From IMG/VR virus record IMGVR_UViG_3300046824_000128, positions 1 to 36,180 of that record: a stretch of 36,180 nucleotides of DNA. One strand, 5' to 3'. The DNA is from a virus. This document shows, one piece after another, positions 29,306 to 36,180 of the stretch (the stretch's first letter is position 1; every line of letters begins with the position of its first letter). The notes beneath the pieces were generated by a model. The model made no database searches. It worked only from the letters and a program-made list of their open reading frames with translations, and was not told where the DNA came from. The position numbers were made by a program, and so were the translations under genes.

Positions 29306-29770
29306 ATGCCGGCGCTGCAGCACGGCTTCACCGTCGAGCCCACCGAAGACGTCAACCTGAATCGGCTCCAGCAGCGGGTCAAGCTGGCGCTCGACAAGCT
29401 GGCCGCCCTCGCCACGGTGTCGCAGCTCGCCGACAAGGGGTGTTTCATCCTGGTCGGAGCCCAAAACCTGCAGAACCAGAAACGGGGCGCAGACGTCGTC
29501 GCGGGCAGCGCCATCGCCACCCGGCAGGGCTATCAGCATCTGACCGGCGCGACGGCGGTCAACTACATCAACATCTCCGACTGGTTCGACGGCGCGCGCG
29601 TCGATCTGTTCATCGTCAACGGCCTGACATTCAACCACAACGCGGGCGCGCCGCCGGCGGGGGCGTACGCGCTGCAGATGCTCTCGGGCGCGAACACCGC
29701 GAAGGCCGCCAACTCGGTGATCTCGTTTCGGCGCGACGATGCGTTGAAGAGATGGCTTCAGGTGCAATAG
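29306..29770 (+). CDS. Virion structural protein (154 aa), tail-proximal
   Basis: Full track ORF, 1 nt after the upstream stop. Confidence 0.75.
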   Translation: MPALQHGFTVEPTEDVNLNRLQQRVKLALDKLAALATVSQLADKGCFILVGAQNLQNQKRGADVVAGSAIATRQGYQHLTGATAVNYINISDWFDGARVDLFIVNGLTFNHNAGAPPAGAYALQMLSGANTAKAANSVISFRRDDALKRWLQVQ

Positions 29771-29779
29771 GATCAAATC

Positions 29780-32700
29780 ATGGCGCAGCCTCTACAGTCA
29801 GCGACGCTCGACGTTCCGCTCGCCCCGCTCAACCAGCACGCCACGAAGACCGGCGGGCCGGTGGGGCGCATCAAGAAGATGCTCAACGCGGTGGTCAAGA
29901 AGATCACCAGCACCGCGCCGACCGCGCAGGCCGCGGCAACCGCGGAGTTGCGGGTCGAGAAGCGCGACGGCTTCGCCTCGTTGCCGTCGACTGTACGCGA
30001 TCCGGCGACGGGCGCCATTTCGAGCAAGACGCTGGTGGGCCCGACGCTGTTCGGCACCTATGGCGCGCAGCTGATCGCCATCTTCCTGGCCGCGCCGTTC
30101 GTGCTCAGCGAGGCCGCGGCCTGCTGGGAATCGCCGACCTACAACGCGCCGACGCGGGTGCTGCGAGCCAACGGGATCTACAACGGCTCAACGATATCGG
30201 CCACGCCGGACGAGGCGCGCATCGGAACGCGAACGCTCTACGCCTGGTCAGACCTCGGCGCAGGTGGCCTTTACCTGACGATGGTGATGGTCATTGACGA
30301 CGACGGAACGATCATTCGTCAACCGTTCTCGGTCGATGCCGTTCGGCGCGTGCGCGCGTGCGCAGACGGGACGCAGTTCTGGGTCATCTGGGACACCGGC
30401 GCCGGCGGCATCCAGACGAACGCCTATGACACGAACGGGAACTTTCTGGGCACCGGATCGGTGGCCAGCTCCGGGACAGGCTACTTCGATGTCACCCTGA
30501 ACACGGCTTCAGCCAATTCGATCGTGATGTTGCAAAAAGATCCGGCCTCGGGCGGGGTCAAGTTTGCTCGCTTTACGTGGAACGGGGCCACGGTGACGGT
30601 CTTTCAGCAGGTGCCATTCACGATCAACAACAGCGTAGGTCGTGACGCCTTTCTGACGAACGACCGCGGAGACCATGCGTTTCACATCGTGACCGTCGAT
30701 GGCACCGGTCCGTTTACAACCTACGTGACCGTGATAGCTGACTCCACGCTGACGCTGCTGGCGGGGTCGTTCGTGGTCAAGACGGGCGATGCGGTGGCGC
30801 CGGTCGAGGCGTCTGGATTCGTGGCGCCGACGGGAAACGCCGATTACGTGATTGGGCTTTCGTACCTCAACGCGACCCCGACGCCGCAACTCAACTCCAC
30901 GTTGGTATATGCGGTTACCGCCGCAGGGGTATCGACGCTCAAGCGCACTCAGATCTCCCTCACGCTCGCCTCGCGCGCCTTTCGCATGCAGGTGGGCGGC
31001 GACTACTACGCGGTCGGCTATTACCACAGCAACCCCGCCGGGTTCACGTCGATCTCCCAGTCGACCTACTTCCTGATGGACTTCGGCACCGGCTACCAGG
31101 TCACTGGGCGCTTTGAATTCGGAACCGCTTACCAGGACTGGCTCACGACCGCCGATACGACGCGGTACATGTACGTCTCGACGCCGCAGGTCGACCCAAA
31201 CGGCGGCATTCACATGGCGCTCGCCTACCGCGCCTCCTCGACGATCGCCGTCACGACGACGGGCGACACGTTCACGCCCACCAAGACGCTGGTCGACGTC
31301 GTGGGCATCAAGGACTATTCATTCGGTCCTGACAACGGCCAGTCGGTCGAGCACAGCGCGGCGCTGTTCCTTCCCGGTCCAGAGACGGTCAACTACACCG
31401 GCGCGACGTTCGCCGAGGACGGCATCGGCCTCATCCCCGAGGTGACGGCGATCGCCACCGCGGGCGGCGGATCGCTCGCGGGCACGTACGAATACGTGGT
31501 CTGTGACGAGTGGACCGACAACAACGGCCAGCGCGTTCGCTCGCCGTCGGGCGTGCCGGTTTCGATCACGGTATCGGCGGCGCAGGTACAGTTGACCGGC
31601 CTGCACAACCACGTCACGCGCAAATCGAACATGACGCACGCGATTTACCGCACGGTCATCAAGGGCGGCGTGCAGACCACCGAGCACTACAAGGTCTCAG
31701 GCTCGCTCCAGGGCGGGGCGTTCCTCGGCAGCGTGGTCGTGAACGACGACGCTGCCCAGACCTGGACCTTCGTCGACAACATGATCGACTCGGTGGCCTC
31801 GAACAACGAGGTGCTGTACACCGACAAGGGCCTGCTCGACCACTTCCCCGCGCCGCCGTTCAGCGTGGGCCTGGCGACCTTCGACCGCATCTTCGTCGCG
31901 GGCTACGACGGCGCCATCTGGTTTTCCGGCGCGAAGACCGAGGGCGACGCCTTCTGGTACCACCCTGGGCAGCGCATCCCGCTGCCGACGCAAGAAGAGG
32001 TGCGGTCGATCCGCATGCTCGACGACATGATCGTCGTGCTCTGCTCGGGCGACACCGTCTTCGCCATCCCGAACGGCCCGTGGCCCGATGCGACCGGGCA
32101 AGGCGCCTTCCCCGCGCCGCGCGTGCTGCCCTTTAGCAACGGCTGCACCGGGTTCGCCGAGACCATCAGCGATGGGATCATCTACTCGGCGACCCAGGGC
32201 GGGATCTGGCTCATCACCCGGGACTTCCAGAATCGCTTCATCGGGGCGCCGATAGAGGACGAGAAGGCCAGCTTCGACACCTTCGCCGGCGTGGCAACCG
32301 ACGATCGCCAGCGCACCGTGTTCCTGACCGCCGGCGGCAACATGCTGGTCTACGACCAGGTGACCGGCGTGTGGGGCAACTGGCTGACGTCGCCCTTGCC
32401 GAGGATGCTGACGGTGCACAAGGGTCGGATCGCGTACATCCCCGTCAGCGGCCCCCCCCTGCGGCAGGTGCTGGGGCAATACTTCGACGGGAACGGGAAC
32501 CAGATCATCACGTCTGTGCGGATCCGCGTCGCGCCGGGGGGGATCCGTCGGTACAAACGCCTGTGGCAGGTGCAGATGGTCGGCGAGTGGCTGGGCGACC
32601 ACGACATGACGGTGCTGGTCTACATGGACGATAGCCCAACCTTCACCTTCACCGCCTCGCAGCGCTGGACGCCCGATAGCGCCGTGCCCTACATCTACGA

Positions 32701-32869
32701 GCTGCCGGCGAACGCCCAAACCGAGATGTGTGGGGCCGTCGAATACTCTTTCCATGACGAATTCCCCCGCGGCCCCAGCCAGGGCTTCGCGCTCGAGGCG
32801 CTCTCGCTGCAGATCGGCCTCGGCGATCGCTCGAAGGATCTCCCGGCCTCCCGCCGCATCGGTATCTGA
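29780..32869 (+). CDS. Large tail protein (1029 aa), nozzle/tail-tube-B-like or tail hub
   Basis: Largest ORF. Beta-rich. Its position between adaptor-like and internal virion proteins matches podovirus (T7/P22-like) gene order. Confidence 0.8.
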   Translation: MAQPLQSATLDVPLAPLNQHATKTGGPVGRIKKMLNAVVKKITSTAPTAQAAATAELRVEKRDGFASLPSTVRDPATGAISSKTLVGPTLFGTYGAQLIAIFLAAPFVLSEAAACWESPTYNAPTRVLRANGIYNGSTISATPDEARIGTRTLYAWSDLGAGGLYLTMVMVIDDDGTIIRQPFSVDAVRRVRACADGTQFWVIWDTGAGGIQTNAYDTNGNFLGTGSVASSGTGYFDVTLNTASANSIVMLQKDPASGGVKFARFTWNGATVTVFQQVPFTINNSVGRDAFLTNDRGDHAFHIVTVDGTGPFTTYVTVIADSTLTLLAGSFVVKTGDAVAPVEASGFVAPTGNADYVIGLSYLNATPTPQLNSTLVYAVTAAGVSTLKRTQISLTLASRAFRMQVGGDYYAVGYYHSNPAGFTSISQSTYFLMDFGTGYQVTGRFEFGTAYQDWLTTADTTRYMYVSTPQVDPNGGIHMALAYRASSTIAVTTTGDTFTPTKTLVDVVGIKDYSFGPDNGQSVEHSAALFLPGPETVNYTGATFAEDGIGLIPEVTAIATAGGGSLAGTYEYVVCDEWTDNNGQRVRSPSGVPVSITVSAAQVQLTGLHNHVTRKSNMTHAIYRTVIKGGVQTTEHYKVSGSLQGGAFLGSVVVNDDAAQTWTFVDNMIDSVASNNEVLYTDKGLLDHFPAPPFSVGLATFDRIFVAGYDGAIWFSGAKTEGDAFWYHPGQRIPLPTQEEVRSIRMLDDMIVVLCSGDTVFAIPNGPWPDATGQGAFPAPRVLPFSNGCTGFAETISDGIIYSATQGGIWLITRDFQNRFIGAPIEDEKASFDTFAGVATDDRQRTVFLTAGGNMLVYDQVTGVWGNWLTSPLPRMLTVHKGRIAYIPVSGPPLRQVLGQYFDGNGNQIITSVRIRVAPGGIRRYKRLWQVQMVGEWLGDHDMTVLVYMDDSPTFTFTASQRWTPDSAVPYIYELPANAQTEMCGAVEYSFHDEFPRGPSQGFALEALSLQIGLGDRSKDLPASRRIGI

Positions 32870-32886
32870 GCCGGGCGGGTGAATTA

Positions 32887-32898
32887 GCGGAAAACCGC
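32887..32898 (+). terminator. Small hairpin GCGG-AAAA-CCGC after the 1029-aa gene (weak terminator/processing candidate)
   Basis: Alternative pairing GGGCGG(32873-32878)/CCGCCC(32895-32900). No U tract. Confidence 0.25.
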
Positions 32899-32908
32899 CC
32901 GCCAACTG

Positions 32909-32927
32909 CCGCGGTAACGGAATGCCC
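32909..32927 (+). promoter_or_regulatory. Conserved late-arm motif, copy 4 (CCGCGGTAACGGAATGCCC)
   Basis: 17/19 identical to copy 1. It lies 17 nt upstream of ATG 32945, with cGAGGG at the same offset as in copy 1. Confidence 0.5.
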
Positions 32928-32944
32928 ATGGCGAGGGGACAGCC

Positions 32945-33727
32945 ATGGGCGACTGGAACAGTCTGCGGGACAACCCGATCAGCAACTTCTTCGTGGGCGC
33001 CCCGCCGCCGAAACAGCCGGGCGTCGGCAACACGTCGACGCATAGCCTGCACAAGGATCCGGCGACGGGGATGTACTACGACCCGACGACGGGCACGACC
33101 TTCACCGATCAGTATGGGCAGAACCCGGTCACCGACCCGAACGTCGCCCAGCAGGTGGCGGCGAACTTCTCGGCCAGCCGGCAGTTCCTGACCAACCTGG
33201 CCAACGTCCAGGGGCAGGAGGGCCAGCTCGCCGGGAATCTCCGGTCGCTGATCCAGGGCGGCCAGCCGAGCGCGGCCGAGATGCAGGTCCAGGGCGACAT
33301 GAACAACATCGCCCAGCAGCAAATGTCGAACGCCGCCGGCGTGAGCGGCGCCGGCAGCCCGCTGGCGCAGCTGCTGGCGAACCGGAACACCGCCAACGCC
33401 CAGATCCAGGCGACCAACGCCGGCGGCATCGCGCGCGCGAACGAGCTCACCGGCGCCCGCGGCGCGCTCGCCCAGCTCCTCGGCGGCATGGCGGGCCAGA
33501 ACCTCGGCGGGGCGGGTGAGTTCGCCGGCCTCGCCTCCAGCGGCCAGGCCGGGCAGCAGGGGATGGACGATGCCACGGCGAAAGCTAACCAGGACTTCGC
33601 GCTGAAGCTCGGGACCGCCGTGTTCGGCGGCGGCGCGGGCGCGGGCGGTGCTCCCGCTGCCGGCGGTGCTGGTGGCGGCGGCCGCGGCTACAGCGCTGGC
33701 CTGCCGCTCGGCGCCGGCGGGATCTGA
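32945..33727 (+). CDS. Gly/Ala/Gln-rich internal virion (ejection-type) protein (260 aa)
   Basis: Low-complexity composition and position after the tail hub. GAGGGG Shine-Dalgarno. Confidence 0.75.
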   Translation: MGDWNSLRDNPISNFFVGAPPPKQPGVGNTSTHSLHKDPATGMYYDPTTGTTFTDQYGQNPVTDPNVAQQVAANFSASRQFLTNLANVQGQEGQLAGNLRSLIQGGQPSAAEMQVQGDMNNIAQQQMSNAAGVSGAGSPLAQLLANRNTANAQIQATNAGGIARANELTGARGALAQLLGGMAGQNLGGAGEFAGLASSGQAGQQGMDDATAKANQDFALKLGTAVFGGGAGAGGAPAAGGAGGGGRGYSAGLPLGAGGI

Positions 33728-35178
33728 TGGACACCAACCTCAACATCACGCCGACGGCCGACATGCCGCCGGTCACGACGACCACCAGCGGGTCGACCAC
33801 CGGCACGACCGCCAGCGGAATCACGCCCTCCGACGAGGCGCGCCTCGCGAGCTCGCTCGAGCAGGAGGCGCTCAAGTCGCAGGCCGGGTTCACGGCGGCG
33901 CAGGGCGAGCAGATCCCCATCGTCGAGGAGCAGAAGGCCGCGGGTACCGATGCGCAGGCCACGGCGCTCGAGGCGCAGGCGCTCGAGGCGCAGAGGGTCC
34001 GCGACAACTACCTGCAGCGCATCTCGTACGCACAGACGCAGTCCGACCGCGCCCGCCAGCGCTACGAGTCGTTCCAGTTCCACAACTACTGGGACTCGCT
34101 GACCACGGGCCAGCAGGTCCAGTCGCGGATCGCCGCCTTCATGGGCGGCTTCGTCCAGGGTGTGAACGGCGGCCAGAACGTCGCGCTGCAGTCGCTGATG
34201 TCGGCGGCCGACCGCGACTTCGAGCAGCAAAAGGCGCAGCTCGGGAAAAGCGAGCGCAGCGCCGAGTGGGCGAGCAAGGGCGTGACCGACCTCTACGGCC
34301 AGATGCAGCACGACCTGGCCGCGCTCGAGGTCAAGCACGGCCTGGCGCTCAAGGCCGTCGCCGCCAAGGCGCAGTCCGCGCTCATCCGCGCCGGCATCCC
34401 GGCGGCCGAGGCCGCCAACGACGCCACCGTCCAGGGCCTCATGGCCGGCAGCTATGCCAAGGATCTGGCGGCCAAACAGCGCTACGAGCAGCACTACGAC
34501 CGCCAGCAGACGCAGAAGGCCGAGAGTCAGACCACCGCGGCGAAGGGCGGGAAGCCAGAGCACGGCGACGTCAAGGAGGTCGCCGACGCTGACGATGCTC
34601 TTCGCAACATCGACTCGATGATCGACCAGATCAAGAAGGACCCTGCCGCCTGGAAGGAGTACCGCGACAACAACGAGTCGTGGCAACGCGCCGAGGCCGC
34701 CAAGGGCTCGCACCTCATCAACCCGATCCGGACGATCGGGCAGATCTCTGGATTCGCCAACGTCGCGCCCGAGCAGGGGCTCACGACCGACTCCGCTCGG
34801 ACGCTGCACCAGCGTCAGGAGAAACTCAACACCGGCATCGCCAAGGGCTTCGGCGGCGTCATCACCGAGGGCGACCGCGCCGCGGCCGCGAGCCAGCAGG
34901 GGAATCTCTCGCTCGACCCCGCGCAGAAGATCAAGCAGCTCAAGGAACTGCGCGACAGCGTCGAGGCGAAGCGCAACGAGTACATCTCGAACCGCGGCGT
35001 CAAGCCCGGCTACTCGCCGCCCGGCGCTGGTGCCGCCGTCGCGCCCAAGCTCTCGAAGGATCAGATCAAGGACAAACTCCGCCGGACTAACCAGTACATT
35101 CACGACAACCCGGGCGCTCCCGACGTCGCCGAGGCTCGGCGATCGGTGGCTGACCTGCACGTCCAGCTGGGGCAGTGA
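33727..35178 (+). CDS. Coiled-coil internal virion (ejection-type) protein (483 aa)
   Basis: Full track ORF, Gln/Ala/Lys-rich. TGATG junctions on both sides. Confidence 0.8.
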   Translation: MDTNLNITPTADMPPVTTTTSGSTTGTTASGITPSDEARLASSLEQEALKSQAGFTAAQGEQIPIVEEQKAAGTDAQATALEAQALEAQRVRDNYLQRISYAQTQSDRARQRYESFQFHNYWDSLTTGQQVQSRIAAFMGGFVQGVNGGQNVALQSLMSAADRDFEQQKAQLGKSERSAEWASKGVTDLYGQMQHDLAALEVKHGLALKAVAAKAQSALIRAGIPAAEAANDATVQGLMAGSYAKDLAAKQRYEQHYDRQQTQKAESQTTAAKGGKPEHGDVKEVADADDALRNIDSMIDQIKKDPAAWKEYRDNNESWQRAEAAKGSHLINPIRTIGQISGFANVAPEQGLTTDSARTLHQRQEKLNTGIAKGFGGVITEGDRAAAASQQGNLSLDPAQKIKQLKELRDSVEAKRNEYISNRGVKPGYSPPGAGAAVAPKLSKDQIKDKLRRTNQYIHDNPGAPDVAEARRSVADLHVQLGQ

Positions 35179-36180
35179 TGGCGTTCGACATCGACAGCAA
35201 GCCCGGCTACGCGGTATCGCAGCCTCGAGATGTGTCGGCTGCCGAGCGCGTGAGGGCCGGCAAGGCGCCCGAACCGGCGGCGAAGTCGGACGCCGAGCTC
35301 GGCATCGACGAGGGCGTGCGAGTCGCGCCGAAGCCTGGGATCGTGCAGCGGGCAGCGAACGCCGCGCAACGGGCAGCGGGAGCCGTCGAAAGCATCACGC
35401 CCCCGATCGATACGTCGCTGGCCGACCCGAACAAACCCTACAACCGCAGGGAGGCCGAGAATCCTGTTACGAATGACCCGATCGCGCAGGCGGTCCTGGC
35501 CGCGCCGCTCGCCGCCGGCGGAGCCGCTCTGGTGGGCCCTGCTGCGCTGGAGCTCGGCGCGGCGCCGCTCATCGCGCGCGCCATCGGCGGCGCCGCCGGC
35601 GGGGCGATCGGCTCGGGCGTCACCGGGCAAGATCCGGTCACCGGGGCGGCGATTGGCGCTGGCGTGCCGCTGGCAGGCGCGGGCGTCGCCGCCGTCGGCT
35701 CGGCGATCGGCAAGGCGCTCGCGCCCTGGGGACAGGCCGCGGCCCGGCGGGTATCCGAGCGCGTGGTCACCGAATGGGGGCAGGCCGCCGCCGGAGCCGG
35801 CAAGAGCAAGGTGCAGTCGAGCCTGATGCGGATCGACCCCGAGAAGGCCGCCGCGACCCTGGAGGCCAACGGGATCAGCCTGAGCGGGCAGTCGGCTGCC
35901 GAAGCGCAGGCGGCGCAACGGGCGGCCCTGGCGCGCACGGGTAAGGAGCTCGGCGCGGCCCGCGACGTGGTCGACGCGGCCGATCCAGCGCGCAAGACGG
36001 TCGGCGACGCGATGAAGGCGGTGCAGGAACAGATCGACGCCCTACGCACCGGTCCGAAGGCGAACGTGCCGCTGGCCGATGCGATGCACGGTTGGTCGAA
36101 GGACTACCTGCAGGCGCAGGGCGGCGCGCCCGGCGCGCCGGTCTCGGTCAGCGACCTGTCGAAGACGATCAGCGCCCTCG
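35178..36180 (+). CDS. 5' portion of the wrap-around gene (496 aa in total, ending at 615): internal virion protein with a Gly-zipper membrane segment
   Basis: ATG 35178 overlaps the upstream TGA. The open frame runs to the window end and continues in frame at base 1. AVLAAPLAAGGAALVGP...GGAAGGAIGSGVTG...GAGVAAVGSAIG is hydrophobic and Gly-rich. It is missing from the track because it has no in-window stop. Confidence 0.8.
   Translation, partial: MAFDIDSKPGYAVSQPRDVSAAERVRAGKAPEPAAKSDAELGIDEGVRVAPKPGIVQRAANAAQRAAGAVESITPPIDTSLADPNKPYNRREAENPVTNDPIAQAVLAAPLAAGGAALVGPAALELGAAPLIARAIGGAAGGAIGSGVTGQDPVTGAAIGAGVPLAGAGVAAVGSAIGKALAPWGQAAARRVSERVVTEWGQAAAGAGKSKVQSSLMRIDPEKAAATLEANGISLSGQSAAEAQAAQRAALARTGKELGAARDVVDAADPARKTVGDAMKAVQEQIDALRTGPKANVPLADAMHGWSKDYLQAQGGAPGAPVSVSDLSKTISAL
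36054..36180. repeat. Terminal direct repeat, right copy (identical to 1..127)
   Basis: See the left copy. Confidence 0.9.

Noticed and set aside
1-36180. Diversity-generating retroelement, retron, CRISPR-Cas, restriction-modification or toxin-antitoxin modules of known type
   Set aside because: By eye I could recognise no reverse transcriptase, Cas, methyltransferase or restriction motif, and no template/variable repeat pair or classical TA pair. Profile searches are required to confirm their absence.

Overview
The window is a complete, circularly closed element of about 36.05 kb. Bases 1-127 are identical to 36054-36180, and one ORF runs off the right end and continues in frame at base 1. 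It reads as a high-GC (about two thirds G+C by eye), temperate, podovirus-like dsDNA phage. Two gene arms diverge at 17212/17250 and converge at 3979/3983.

Leftward arm (minus strand, 17212 -> 3983):
- an HTH regulator and three small Cys-rich early proteins;
- a Sak4-like RecA-fold ATPase and a PD-(D/E)XK nuclease;
- two excisionase-type HTH proteins;
- a tyrosine integrase whose reading frame contains attP (the 3' half of a class II, Leu-like tRNA, flanked by GCGACCA repeats);
- a DUF968/NinG-like HNH-type protein;
- a replication module: a Zn-ribbon initiator carrying a helically phased ACCGGT array plus a GGATC cluster (putative ori), a G39P-like loader candidate, and a protein ending in an SSB-like acidic tail;
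- several Cys-rich or paralogous proteins, and RusA.

Rightward arm (plus strand, 17250 -> end -> 1 -> 3979):
- small regulators, a DUF5681-like small terminase and the large terminase;
- a tRNA-Met(CAU) with initiator-like features;
- portal, scaffold, major capsid protein, and adaptor/nozzle-type tail proteins;
- three low-complexity internal (ejection-type) proteins;
- a receptor-binding module: a beta-sandwich protein, a ConA/LamG-like protein and an SGNH esterase.

Minus-strand insert units sit inside the plus arm at 618-839, 17623-17983, possibly 21303-21542, and 24379-25318.

Most true starts are not the longest-ORF starts of the supplied track. About 20 consecutive minus-strand genes are chained by ATGA/GTGA/TGATG start-stop overlaps. 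The long Arg/Pro/Gly-rich ORFs are GC-frame shadows.

The most interesting unexplained signals are:
- a 19-nt motif (CCGCGGTARCGRAATGCCS) present four times at fixed distances upstream of late gene blocks;
- the three-gene opposite-strand cassette between portal and scaffold;
- a cluster of tiny membrane-protein genes, with no recognisable endolysin anywhere in the genome;
- the ori-like phased repeat array;
- attP lying inside int.

All functional calls come from motif recognition by eye. No database search was possible.
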